A program made the translations under genes and the position numbers. Positions 9,661 to 19,273 of a DNA stretch of 64,000 bases are shown piece after piece. The notes below the pieces were generated by a model, which searched no databases, was not told the origin of the DNA, and was given only the letters and a program-made list of their open reading frames with translations. How positions within the stretch are numbered: the stretch's first letter is position 1; the number at the start of each line of letters is the position of its first letter. This stretch comes from Planctomycetota bacterium (lineage in GTDB: Bacteria > Planctomycetota > JBFWNO01), in NCBI GenBank assembly GCA_050251015.1, contig JBFWNO010000001.1:15860-79859 (forward strand), written 5' to 3'.

Positions 9661-10253
9661 CGCGCCAAGCTGAAGTCCGCCGCGACACCAAGGAAACGAA
9701 GATTGCCGTCAGGGTGAATCTGGACGGGACCGGTCTCCACACGGTGAAGACCCCCATCGGCTTCTTCTCGCACATGATCGAGACGCTTTCCAAACACAGC
9801 CTGATCGACATCGAGCTTGACCTCGCGGGCGACCTTCATATCGACCAGCACCATAGCGTGGAAGATGCCGGTCTCGCCTTGGGCGAGGCCATCCGCAAGG
9901 CCCTGGGCGACCACAAGGGCATCCGCCGCAACGGCTTCTGCCTCTATCCCATGGATGAGGTGTTGGCGCAATGCGCCCTTGATCTCTCGGGACGGGCCTA
10001 CTGCGTGTGGAACGCCACCTTTCAGCACCGCCACATCGGGGAAATGGAAAGCACCATGGTCGGGGAATTCTTCAAGGCCCTCGCCAGCCGCCTGCAGGCC
10101 AATCTCCATCTCACCATCCTCACACCGGGGAACGACCATCACATGGCCGAGGCCCAGTTCAAGGCCCTGGCGAAGAGTCTCCGCCAGGCCGTGGAGATCG
10201 ATCCCCGCGCTTCTGGTGCTATCCCCTCCACCAAGGGTACGCTGACCACATGA
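9657..10253 (+). CDS. hisB: Imidazoleglycerol-phosphate dehydratase (monofunctional)
   Basis: Motifs DTKETKI, HMIETLSKHS and HHSVEDAGLALG are characteristic of imidazoleglycerol-phosphate dehydratase. Confidence 0.9.
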   Translation: MTRQAEVRRDTKETKIAVRVNLDGTGLHTVKTPIGFFSHMIETLSKHSLIDIELDLAGDLHIDQHHSVEDAGLALGEAIRKALGDHKGIRRNGFCLYPMDEVLAQCALDLSGRAYCVWNATFQHRHIGEMESTMVGEFFKALASRLQANLHLTILTPGNDHHMAEAQFKALAKSLRQAVEIDPRASGAIPSTKGTLTT

Positions 10254-10831
10254 TCGGCATCGTCAACCTGGGGCTGGCGAATGTGGGCTCTGTCCAACGG
10301 GCCCTGGGGCGCCTGGGGGCGGAAGGCTCGCTGCGGGCCACCCCCGACTTCAGGGACTGCACTCATCTCATCCTGCCCGGCGTCGGGCATTTCGGGAGGG
10401 CCGCAGATCTGTTGACTTCCGCATGGAGGACGGCCTTGAAGGACTGGATCGCCGCGGGCCGTCCCCTCCTGGGAATCTGCCTGGGTTACCAGCTGTTGTT
10501 TGAGGGCAGTTCCGAGGCCCCCGAGGCCAAGGGGCTCGCGATCCTGCGCGGCGCCTGCCAACGGGTCACCAGCCGCCTTGTGCCCCACATGGGTTGGAAC
10601 CGCCTGAAAACCGAGGAACCCTCCGGCGCCTCCTTCGATGGAGCCTTCATGTATTTCACCCATTCCTTCGCCCCGCCCGCGGCCGGAGCCACCTGGTCCT
10701 GCGAGGACGGGGCTGCCCCCTTTGGTGTGGGCACCGTAAAAGGAAAGGTGGTCGGCGTCCAGTTCCACCCTGAGAAAAGCGCCACCGATGGATCACGCCT
10801 GCTGAAGGCCTTCCTGGAGGATTGGCGATGA
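10250..10831 (+). CDS. hisH: Imidazole glycerol phosphate synthase glutaminase subunit
   Basis: MIGIVNLGLANVGSV start. Class I glutamine amidotransferase (catalytic Cys in GICLGYQLL; FHPE in GVQFHPEKS). The ORF-track start at 10007 is an N-terminal over-extension; the ATG at 10250 overlaps the hisB stop. Confidence 0.9.
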   Translation: MIGIVNLGLANVGSVQRALGRLGAEGSLRATPDFRDCTHLILPGVGHFGRAADLLTSAWRTALKDWIAAGRPLLGICLGYQLLFEGSSEAPEAKGLAILRGACQRVTSRLVPHMGWNRLKTEEPSGASFDGAFMYFTHSFAPPAAGATWSCEDGAAPFGVGTVKGKVVGVQFHPEKSATDGSRLLKAFLEDWR

Positions 10832-11586
10832 GCCTCGCCCGCCGCATCATCGCCTGCCTCGACGTGGCGGAAGGCCGGGTGGTCAAGGGAACCAAGTTCC
10901 AGGACCTCAAGGACCAGGGCTCCATCGCCACCCTGAGCCAACGCTACCGAGACCAGGGTGCCGATGAGCTGGTGTTCCTTGATGTCGGCGCCAGCGCCCA
11001 GGGTCGCGACACCCAGAAATCCTGGGTGCGCGAGGCGGCCGACAGCCTCGATATCCCATTCTGCGTGGGCGGTGGCATCCGCACCCTCGAAGACATGCGC
11101 CATCTCCTCTCCATGGGAGTCGATAAGGTTTCGCTCTCGACTGCGGCCGTTGAACACCCGTCGATCCTTGACGAGGCGTCCCGCGAGTTCGGCTCCCAGT
11201 TCGTTGTGCTCAGCATGGATGCCCGCCAGGAGGGCTCCCAGTGGCGGGTCACCAAGAAGGGCGGGCGCGAGGACGCCGGGCGCGAACTGCTGTCCTGGGC
11301 CCGCGAGGCCGAGGAACGTGGTGCCGGTGAGATCATGCTCAACATCATGGATGCCGATGGCACGCGCCAGGGATACGCCCTGGAGATCACCCACCGTGTC
11401 GCCCAATCGGCCGGGATTCCCGTAATTGCCAGCGGCGGGGCCGGTTCGGATCGCCATGTGGTGGAACTGTTCCGGAACACCGCCGCCCAGGCTGCCCTGG
11501 TGGCCGGGATCCTGCACGATGGCACCACTTCGGTGTACCACATCAAGCAGGCCTGCCTCGATGCCGGCATTGTGGTGCGGCCATGA
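10822..11586 (+). CDS. hisF: Imidazole glycerol phosphate synthase cyclase subunit
   Basis: RIIACLDV ... GADELVFLDV ... GGGIR ... SGGAG: canonical HisF (beta/alpha)8 motifs. Confidence 0.9.
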   Translation: MAMSLARRIIACLDVAEGRVVKGTKFQDLKDQGSIATLSQRYRDQGADELVFLDVGASAQGRDTQKSWVREAADSLDIPFCVGGGIRTLEDMRHLLSMGVDKVSLSTAAVEHPSILDEASREFGSQFVVLSMDARQEGSQWRVTKKGGREDAGRELLSWAREAEERGAGEIMLNIMDADGTRQGYALEITHRVAQSAGIPVIASGGAGSDRHVVELFRNTAAQAALVAGILHDGTTSVYHIKQACLDAGIVVRP

Positions 11587-12803
11587 TGATCGGATCCATC
11601 GACCTTCTCGGGGGCAAGGCCGTCCAACTCCAGCAGGGCGATCCCTCTCGGAAGATCCACGAACGTGCCGACGTGGAAGCCCTTCTCGACGACTTTTCCC
11701 TTACGGGCACCGTGGCCGTGGTGGATCTCGATGCCGCCCTCGGCAGGGGATCCAACGCCGATCTGGCCCGCCGCCTCTGTGCCCGGGCCGAGGTCCATAT
11801 GGGGGGTGGAATCCGCGATGAGGAAACCGCCCGGGCCTATCTGCGCTCGGGAGCCCGGCGTCTGATCATCGGCACCAAGGCCGAGCCCGCATTCCTCTCC
11901 AAGTTTCATCCCGACCATCTCCTGGCGGCCCTGGACTTCAAGGGGTCCGAGGTGGTGGACCGGGGATGGACGAAGAGCACGGGCGAAAGCCTGATGGACA
12001 GGGCACGCCGCCTGGAGCCCCATGTGGCCGGTTTCCTGGTGACCCAGGTCGACCGCGAGGGACTGATGGGTGGCTTCAATATGGATCCCCTGAGGGAATT
12101 GCGCCAGTTCACCGACAAGATCCTCATCGCCGCCGGCGGAGTCTCCACGGTAGAGGAGATAAGGGAGCTGTCGAAGATCAACATCGATGTGCAGCTGGGG
12201 ATGGCCGTGTATGACGGACGCCTGGAACTCAAGTCATCCTTTGTGGAACTCGGCGATTGGAGCAAGGGCCTTCTGCCCGCCATCGCCCAGGACGGCCAGG
12301 GCCGGATCCTGATGGTGGGCTTCGCCTCGCGTGAGGCCCTGGATGTCACACTGAAGACCCGCAAGGCCACCTTCTTCTCGCGGTCGAAAAACCGCTTGTG
12401 GACCAAAGGGGAGACCTCCGGTCACGTGATGACCGTGCGCCAGGTGCGCTGGGACTGTGATCGCGACACCCTACTTTATCTTTGTGAGGCCAGCGGACCT
12501 GCTTGCCACTTCGGCACCGACACCTGTTTCGGTCCCGGACAGAGCCGACTTCTGGAATCCCTGGCCTCCGACATCCGCTCCGCCTCCGCTCGTGCAGGCT
12601 GGACCCGGAAACTCATGGATGACCCGCAACTTCTCCGGGAAAAAATCCTTGAGGAATCCGCCGAGGTCTGCGATTTCACCGACAAGGGAAACCTGGCCTG
12701 GGAAGTGGCCGACCTTCTCTACCACGTAGCCGTGCTGATGGAACGGGAGGGCGTGACCTTTGACCACGTGCGCCACCATCTGGCCTCCAGGAGAAAGCCA
12801 TGA
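11583..12803 (+). CDS. hisA-hisIE: Triple-domain fusion: ProFAR isomerase (HisA), phosphoribosyl-AMP cyclohydrolase (HisI) and phosphoribosyl-ATP pyrophosphatase (HisE)
   Basis: Residues ~1-240 are HisA-like (IDLLGGKAVQL ... GGGIR ... AVYDGRL). Residues ~250-330 are HisI-like (WTKGETSGH ... CDRDTLLYLCEASGPACHFGTDTCF). Residues ~335-406 are HisE-like (ADLLYHVAVLM). Confidence 0.85.
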   Translation: MMIGSIDLLGGKAVQLQQGDPSRKIHERADVEALLDDFSLTGTVAVVDLDAALGRGSNADLARRLCARAEVHMGGGIRDEETARAYLRSGARRLIIGTKAEPAFLSKFHPDHLLAALDFKGSEVVDRGWTKSTGESLMDRARRLEPHVAGFLVTQVDREGLMGGFNMDPLRELRQFTDKILIAAGGVSTVEEIRELSKINIDVQLGMAVYDGRLELKSSFVELGDWSKGLLPAIAQDGQGRILMVGFASREALDVTLKTRKATFFSRSKNRLWTKGETSGHVMTVRQVRWDCDRDTLLYLCEASGPACHFGTDTCFGPGQSRLLESLASDIRSASARAGWTRKLMDDPQLLREKILEESAEVCDFTDKGNLAWEVADLLYHVAVLMEREGVTFDHVRHHLASRRKP

Positions 12804-14080
12804 AGATCGTGCCCGCCCGCAACTACTCCCCTCCCCCAGTCTCCTCCAGGCCGGAAGAGGCGGTCAAGAGGATCATTGCCGCTGTGCGCCGCCAGGGTTT
12901 GACCGCACTCAAAAAATATTCCAGGCAATTTGACGGTGGAAATCCCCGAAGCTTCGTCGTTCCCCTGGGCGAGGCCCGGCAATGCTGGAAAGCTCTTTCC
13001 CCCCAAGACCGCCAGGCCCTGAGCCTGGCCAAGTGCCAGCTGGAAGCCTGGGGCCGGAAGGTCAAACCCAGGGCTTCAACCCATCTTCTCCTCAACGGGC
13101 TAAGGCTCTCCGAATGCCTGGATCCTGTCGACAGCGCCGCGGTCTATGTTCCCGGTGGCCGCTTCCCCCTCGTCTCCAGCACCCTCATGGGATTGGTGCC
13201 TGCCAGGGTAGCCGGTGTGCGGCGCAGAGTGCTCCTGACTCCCGCCAAGGGCGGAACCATCCATCCCGCCGTGCTCGCTGCGGCGCACCTGGGTGGGGCC
13301 ACGGAGATCTGGGCGGTGGGCGGTGCCCACGGGATCGCTGCGGCGGCCCTCGGTGCGGGCCCCCTCCGGAGAGTGGACCTCATCGTGGGACCGGGAAACT
13401 CATTCGTGACGGAGGCCAAGAGGCAACTCCAGGGTGAGGTGGGCATCGACATGCTCGCCGGGCCCTCGGAACTTCTGGTGGTGGTGGATGAGTCGACCCC
13501 CCTCGAACCCATCGCTCTCGACCTCCTGGCTCAGGCCGAGCACGGGCCGGACTCCCACGCACTGGCTCTCTCCACCTCAAAATCGATTCTTTCCCGTCTT
13601 CAAGAAACCTTAGCTCGAGGGGTGGCGCCGGTAGGCGTCCAAGGCGGAGCGGAGCGTCTTCGCGAGCACGTCTTGGACAACCGGCGACAGGACCCCGAGG
13701 CGAGAATCGTTGGCTTGCTGGCTTCAAGCCAGGCAGAACTCATCGCCACCAGCGAACGCCTGGCCAGCGAACATCTGATGTTGGCCACCAAAAATCCCCG
13801 CGTGTTGGCCAAGAAGCTGCGCACCTATGGAACCCTCTTCCTTGGATCCCAAACCCCGGTGGCCCTAGGCGACTATGTCTCGGGTGCCAACCACATCCTG
13901 CCCACGGGGGGATCAGCCCGGTGGAGGGGCGGACTCTCTCCCGCCGATTTCCTCGCCCGCCGGATGGTGCAGGAAGTCTCGACCCGGGAATCAGGAAAAT
14001 TGTTCAGGGCCGGAGCGAGAATTGCTGCCCTGGAAAACCTCACAATGCATGAGGCTTCCCTGCGCGCCCGATCAAGCTGA
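12800..14080 (+). CDS. hisD: Histidinol dehydrogenase
   Basis: 426 aa. Conserved HisD regions (QAEHGPDS, GDYVSGANHILPTGG). Confidence 0.9.
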   Translation: MKIVPARNYSPPPVSSRPEEAVKRIIAAVRRQGLTALKKYSRQFDGGNPRSFVVPLGEARQCWKALSPQDRQALSLAKCQLEAWGRKVKPRASTHLLLNGLRLSECLDPVDSAAVYVPGGRFPLVSSTLMGLVPARVAGVRRRVLLTPAKGGTIHPAVLAAAHLGGATEIWAVGGAHGIAAAALGAGPLRRVDLIVGPGNSFVTEAKRQLQGEVGIDMLAGPSELLVVVDESTPLEPIALDLLAQAEHGPDSHALALSTSKSILSRLQETLARGVAPVGVQGGAERLREHVLDNRRQDPEARIVGLLASSQAELIATSERLASEHLMLATKNPRVLAKKLRTYGTLFLGSQTPVALGDYVSGANHILPTGGSARWRGGLSPADFLARRMVQEVSTRESGKLFRAGARIAALENLTMHEASLRARSS

Positions 14081-17000
14081 GCGTCGGCGACCTACCACCC
14101 AGGCTGCCAGGATCAGCAGCAAGGAAGTGGCCAGCAGACTCCAGGGAGCTGTCACCTCGGAAATGAGGCAGAGCCCTGAAGCGGCTGCGCCAGGTCCACC
14201 GGCGGACCCGCCAATGGCTCCCGAGACAACCGTGGCAAACATCCCGAAGTCCGTCAAGTGGGCCGTGGTGATTTCAACCACATTGGCGGCAGTATCCACA
14301 GCGACACCCACCACGGGGCGCCATGAAGATAGCCCCGTGTCGTAATAGTAGACCACAAGGTTTTCCTCGCGAATGGATGTGCCGTCAACCAGGCCGTCAT
14401 TGTTCACATCGGGATAGGGCATACGCAGGATCACGGGCAGTGAGGGCAACTGAACCTGGGATCCGTTGCTGAGCTTCAGGCTGAAGCCAACCGTGTACCC
14501 GAGATTGGTGGTATCCGAGGGCAATCCCGTGCTGATCGCATAGGTCGATCCCTGTCCAATGTCCTCGATCCGGCACCTCAGGCCTCCCAGGTTGATGGCG
14601 TCCTGGGAAATCGCGCCCAAGGGGATCTCCATGCCAGCCCCCGTGGTCGTGGTGACTTCCTGGGCCAGAGTGGCATCCAGGGAGACTTCCTTTGTGGCCT
14701 TGGTTCCAGAGAGGGTTTCATAAACCTGGGCCTGATTGGCGGCAACCTTGAAGACCTTGACCACGGTGGAAGTTCCACTGCCAGACTGGGTGTCGGTGCA
14801 TCGGGCCCGGATATAGATGGGCGACCCGTTGGCAAAGGTGGAAAGCGACAGCTCACCCCTGTATTCAGGCTTAACCCCCGTATGCGTGGAGCCTGTCTGG
14901 GTCCAAGAACTGGCATCCGTGGAATATTCGAACAGCAGGGTGCTGACGATGGAACCCGGCGTGGCCACGGCCCTCAGGAGAAGCCTGTCCCCCCCCACCC
15001 TGTCACCCGTCACCGGCTCCAGGATCTGTGGCAGGGCATTGGTGGGTGAAGCGATCGTGATCACAAAACTGTCCTCGGCCTCCAGACCCGAATTGTCCCT
15101 CACTCTGACAAGGGGTGCGTAGGTTCCAGGCACCGTGTAGCAATGGGTCACTGAACGGAGACCTCGGTCAAAAGTCGTGATCCTGTCGAAGAGTCCATCG
15201 CCGTTGAAATCCCATTGCCAGCGGATGATCTTGCCCGGAGCTTTGTCATAAGTGGTAGCGCTGAAGGTCACGCAATAGGGCAGGGTCCCTGATGACGAGA
15301 TCAGGGTTCCGGAAGAATTCGTGGCCGCCGCGCCATCCAAGGTGACTTGAGGGGCATTGGTGCCGGCCCCCACCGTGACCGTGAAGGTCTTGGTGGAGGT
15401 ACGTCCATTGAGGTCGGTGACCTTAAGCTTCACCCCGTTGTAGGTGCGGTTGGGCAGGCGGTAGATAGTCGACGCATTGCCCGTGACCGTGCTGGAGGTA
15501 TCAAAGATCCCGTCGGCATTGAAGTCCCACTGCCAAAGGGCGATGGCACTCGAGCCCGCTGTCGAAGTGTCGGCAAAGGTCACCGCCAACGGGGCCGGGC
15601 CCCCCAAGGTGTTGTAGGTCGCGTTGGCCGTCGGCCCTGAGGATGGGGAACCCACCGTGATGACCACGGTGGCCGAGGCACTGTTGCCGGAATTGTCCAT
15701 CACCGTCAGGCGGGCCGTGTACGATCCCGACTCCTGGTAGGTGTAGCTTGTGGACGCGCTGGTGCCCGAGGTGTAGTTGGAGGGAAGGCTGTCGGCCGTG
15801 TTGAAGTCCCACACATACTGAACAATCTGGCCATCGGTGTCCGAAGCTGTTCCCGAGAACAGCACGGTCAGGGGAGCTGTGCCGGAGGTCGGCGTGGCAC
15901 TGCAACTGACGGTGGGCACGGCACCCAGCACGCTCGCACTGACCTTTTGCGAGGGTTTGGTGACGCGCGACCCTGTCATCAATCCCCTGAGGTAGTAGTA
16001 ATAGGTGGTTCCCGAGGCGATGGTGCTGTCCTGGGTCACCGATGCTGTGGTGGTGGTCAGGAGGCTGTAGGTCCCGTTCAGGCTGGTGGAACGGAACACG
16101 GCATACTTCTGGATTGATGGATCAGTCAGAGATTGCCATGTGATGTTGATAAGGGGTGACGCCGTGGTCCCCCCGCCCATCGCTACCAGACCATTGATCA
16201 CAAGGTTGGGATCCGAGCTCTCGAACCCCACATGCGGGGTTCCCGTGTTGCCCAGCGTGCCATCCAACGAAACGGTGAGTTTGTTGTTGGCCATGTCACG
16301 GCCTGTGCCGGTGACATTGAGCACCACGCCATTGGCGGCCACCACAATCCAGCGCGAGGCCGTGAGATACTCGTTGGGAATGGTGCCGGAGAAGTCCAGG
16401 GTCACGGCATGGAGCGTGCCTCCACGGGAGGCCAGCCCGTAGGTGGAGGAATTGACCACGGAAGCCTGGTTGTTGCGCCGGTCAATCAGCGTATTGTCAG
16501 CCGTGAGCGTGTTGATCACATAGGCGCCATTCAATCCCTTGACTTTGCCGAACTTCTGGTAGTAAGTGAAGCTCTTGGTCACGGTTCCCGAATCCTGTGG
16601 GTTTTGGAACAAAAGCTCGATACGGGTGTCGTTGGCGGTGCCATAGCTATGCCAGCCTGAGGGTTTGATGGCTCCGGCGTTGTCGTGGCTGATGAAGAAA
16701 CCCCTGGTGGGAGGACCGGTGGTGATGGTGCTGTCGTTGATGGGGGAATCAAAGGAAACAACCACGGAGTCCGTACTGCCATTGCTGTCGAGATCGCTGA
16801 ACTCGACCCGCTTGACCCTGATGCCCTTGTGCACGAAAAAGTAGACGCTGGGATGGGAGACGAAACCAGGAAAACCTGTCAAGTCGGCCGTGACGATGAA
16901 TCGTTTGGCGAAGGGGGCCGCGCTGGTGACACAGGTGAGTGTGGTGGTGGCCGTGCCATTGGTGAGGGTCAGGTTGCGGGCCCCCATCGAGGCAGGGAAG

Positions 17001-19273
17001 CTCACGGCCCCGGACACGCCAATGGACTTCACAATGCGACCCGAGAGGTCGGAACTGACGTTCCCGTACTTGTCCACGGCGTCGACAGTGACTTGAAAGG
17101 AAACCTGCTCGGTCTGGTCGGCTGTGGTGCCGGACACATAACCGATTTTGGTTCCGAGATAGGTGGTTTGCCCGGGGGTGATCTTTGTGCCTTGGACCCT
17201 CACCACAAGGCGGCTGGCCGCCGAGGTCACCGTGTGGCTCATGGAAAGGGAGCTGGCGCCACCGCCCGTAAAGGTGATGGTGTGAGTGCCGGCCACATAC
17301 TGCCTCAGGCGCTTGAAATAGAAGTAGCCGCCTTGGGCCGTGGCTGTGACGTTGGAACTCCAGTTGGCACTGCTGGCCGTGAGCACCGTGGAATTGTCAT
17401 TGAGATACGTGTTGCCGGCCGTGTCTGTGAGGCGCAAGGTGATATCAAGACCATGATCGGCGCTGACCGGCGAGGAGGGGAACTTCACCACATCCAAGGT
17501 CACGCCATTTGGGTTGGTGTTGGGGTTGAACGGAACGGTGCGGGAAGGGGCACTCGATGAGGATCGTTCGCCGTTGGTCCTGATACCCACCACCTTGAAC
17601 ACACCGTAGGGTTCAAGGAACGTGAAACCCGTGTAGGTGTGGTAATTGCCATACGAAGCCGTGAAGGGAAAGGTGAAGGTGGGCTGGGTGCTCTCGCCAA
17701 AGTAACGGAACTCGTTGTACTTGGCATAGGTCATATAGGGAATCCCATAAAGGATGGGTTCCTTCTTGTAGATGTAATATTTGTCGGGCACCACGCTGGT
17801 GCCCGGGGCCACATCCCACTCGATCCTCACCGTACCATTTTCGTTATAGACCACGACGTTTTCCGGGGATGGCAAGAGCACATCATTACGGGCCTTATTG
17901 CTCGTGGCCCTTGAAGTCGCAGGACCCCTTAAGATCTCCGGCGAGGGAAGCGAGCGTTTGCCGTTGCTATCCACCGCCACAATCCTGAACGCCCCGTAAT
18001 GGGACCCGAACCAGTTGTTGGTGTGGAAGGCTCCAAAGAACGAATAGTGCTGGTAAGCCGCAAACTCTGAATAGGCCGTGAAGCCACCCAAAGATGAATA
18101 GTTGTTGTAAACGGTGTAAGCGAGGTCGGAGGTTAAACCCGCCAAGCGCCAACCCGAATACATCGTCCAGGCTTCCTGCAACCCAGGGCTGTAGTAGTTG
18201 CCGTAGGCGAGGTAGGAAAGGCCGTCAAAATACCTGTCGTAAGGGGCGTTGTTCATGTAGACGACATAGTTCAGGTAATCGTTGTAATAAGCGCTGTTGG
18301 AGTGCGAGTATTGGTTGAATGAAGAATAGTTCATGTAGGCGGAATATTTTTCCCAGATTTCATAGGTGACCCCGGACTTGAGGGCCCCCTTCCATTCAAT
18401 GCCGAACTTTCCTGGCCAATTACCCTCATACCTCACGCGAGGAGTCCCGGGAGCTTCTGGGGCCTCTGTCGAATTAACGAAATAAAAGTCACCGAGATCC
18501 ACCTTGCGCACCACTCCGCCGATGGTGGCCGAGGCTTCCAGGGCCAACTTTTCACGCTTGTTGTAGGTGAGGTTCATCGTGGAAATCCCCGCGACCACCA
18601 CGGCCGACCCTCCCGTCAGCGATCCTGTGCTGGAAAGCGGACTGATCGAAACATCAGTGCTGTTGTCGGCCGTGTTGATGTTGCCGTACACGTCGGTCAC
18701 GGCCACCTTCAGCTGAAAGCTGCCGTCCTTCGACACGACGCCCCCCCTGCGACTGAGGCTGGTGAGGGTGGTGAAGGGGCCGGGAGCCAGCATGGTGTCG
18801 GCCGTCACGGTATCGATGGAGTCGACCAGCATGCCGTTGAAGGAGCGTGTCTGGATCTTGTACGTACCAGTGGGTCCCTTGCGCGGGGAGTTCTTCACCC
18901 CGGACAGCACCAGGGTCACGCTCGTGTTTGCAACCGTGTCCGAACCGTTACCTGTGCGCTTGATTTGGAGGATGTTGGCCATGACATCCGCCGTGACCAC
19001 AAAACTTCCGTCGATGTTGTGGGCCGCCGAGAAGGTCGCCTGGGAGATATCGTAGTCGTATGGAAAATGCACCGTGGCGTCCGCTGTGGCTGACAGGACA
19101 GAGGCGGTGTCAAAGCTCACGCAGACCTTGGTGGTGGCTCCCACATTCTTGCTGACAGGCTCAACGTTGGCGTTGCTCAGGTTACCGGCAGAAAGTGACG
19201 CTTGAAAGAGAACGAAGGCCAGTAGGAAAATCCAAGCCATCCCAAATCGTTGATGCATCAAGACCCCCGTCAT
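14072..19273 (-). CDS. Giant (1733 aa) secreted cell-surface protein with PKD repeats, FN3/Ig-like segments, a Tyr/Ser/Asn-rich low-complexity region, and a C-terminal hydrophobic helix + RRR tail (sorting-signal-like)
   Basis: N-terminal signal peptide (MAWIFLLAFVLFQASLSA). Repeated WDFN/GDG PKD-type motifs (VWDFNTADS, WQWDFNADGIFD, WQWDFNGDGLFD). Very high S/T/N/Y content. C-terminus LLATSLLLILAAWVVGRRRSA. Start codon overlaps the upstream gene's stop (TGATG). Confidence 0.8.
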   Translation of the reverse strand: MTGVLMHQRFGMAWIFLLAFVLFQASLSAGNLSNANVEPVSKNVGATTKVCVSFDTASVLSATADATVHFPYDYDISQATFSAAHNIDGSFVVTADVMANILQIKRTGNGSDTVANTSVTLVLSGVKNSPRKGPTGTYKIQTRSFNGMLVDSIDTVTADTMLAPGPFTTLTSLSRRGGVVSKDGSFQLKVAVTDVYGNINTADNSTDVSISPLSSTGSLTGGSAVVVAGISTMNLTYNKREKLALEASATIGGVVRKVDLGDFYFVNSTEAPEAPGTPRVRYEGNWPGKFGIEWKGALKSGVTYEIWEKYSAYMNYSSFNQYSHSNSAYYNDYLNYVVYMNNAPYDRYFDGLSYLAYGNYYSPGLQEAWTMYSGWRLAGLTSDLAYTVYNNYSSLGGFTAYSEFAAYQHYSFFGAFHTNNWFGSHYGAFRIVAVDSNGKRSLPSPEILRGPATSRATSNKARNDVLLPSPENVVVYNENGTVRIEWDVAPGTSVVPDKYYIYKKEPILYGIPYMTYAKYNEFRYFGESTQPTFTFPFTASYGNYHTYTGFTFLEPYGVFKVVGIRTNGERSSSSAPSRTVPFNPNTNPNGVTLDVVKFPSSPVSADHGLDITLRLTDTAGNTYLNDNSTVLTASSANWSSNVTATAQGGYFYFKRLRQYVAGTHTITFTGGGASSLSMSHTVTSAASRLVVRVQGTKITPGQTTYLGTKIGYVSGTTADQTEQVSFQVTVDAVDKYGNVSSDLSGRIVKSIGVSGAVSFPASMGARNLTLTNGTATTTLTCVTSAAPFAKRFIVTADLTGFPGFVSHPSVYFFVHKGIRVKRVEFSDLDSNGSTDSVVVSFDSPINDSTITTGPPTRGFFISHDNAGAIKPSGWHSYGTANDTRIELLFQNPQDSGTVTKSFTYYQKFGKVKGLNGAYVINTLTADNTLIDRRNNQASVVNSSTYGLASRGGTLHAVTLDFSGTIPNEYLTASRWIVVAANGVVLNVTGTGRDMANNKLTVSLDGTLGNTGTPHVGFESSDPNLVINGLVAMGGGTTASPLINITWQSLTDPSIQKYAVFRSTSLNGTYSLLTTTTASVTQDSTIASGTTYYYYLRGLMTGSRVTKPSQKVSASVLGAVPTVSCSATPTSGTAPLTVLFSGTASDTDGQIVQYVWDFNTADSLPSNYTSGTSASTSYTYQESGSYTARLTVMDNSGNSASATVVITVGSPSSGPTANATYNTLGGPAPLAVTFADTSTAGSSAIALWQWDFNADGIFDTSSTVTGNASTIYRLPNRTYNGVKLKVTDLNGRTSTKTFTVTVGAGTNAPQVTLDGAAATNSSGTLISSSGTLPYCVTFSATTYDKAPGKIIRWQWDFNGDGLFDRITTFDRGLRSVTHCYTVPGTYAPLVRVRDNSGLEAEDSFVITIASPTNALPQILEPVTGDRVGGDRLLLRAVATPGSIVSTLLFEYSTDASSWTQTGSTHTGVKPEYRGELSLSTFANGSPIYIRARCTDTQSGSGTSTVVKVFKVAANQAQVYETLSGTKATKEVSLDATLAQEVTTTTGAGMEIPLGAISQDAINLGGLRCRIEDIGQGSTYAISTGLPSDTTNLGYTVGFSLKLSNGSQVQLPSLPVILRMPYPDVNNDGLVDGTSIREENLVVYYYDTGLSSWRPVVGVAVDTAANVVEITTAHLTDFGMFATVVSGAIGGSAGGPGAAASGLCLISEVTAPWSLLATSLLLILAAWVVGRRRSA

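Noticed and set aside
10007-10249. 5' extensions of track ORFs (hisH 10007; pilR 31706; hldE 49794; cstA 52856 and 53767; GGDEF 56940; CHASE kinase 59144; hemL beyond 23956)
   Set aside because: These extensions overlap the preceding well-supported genes in another frame. Conserved N-termini and stop/start overlaps place the true starts downstream.
16685-17560. 291-aa ORF, and many other 60-160-aa ORFs on both strands inside the giant surface-protein gene (15347-18318)
   Set aside because: Antisense or out-of-frame to a continuous 1733-aa gene. Gly/Arg-rich low-complexity translations typical of high-GC shadow frames.
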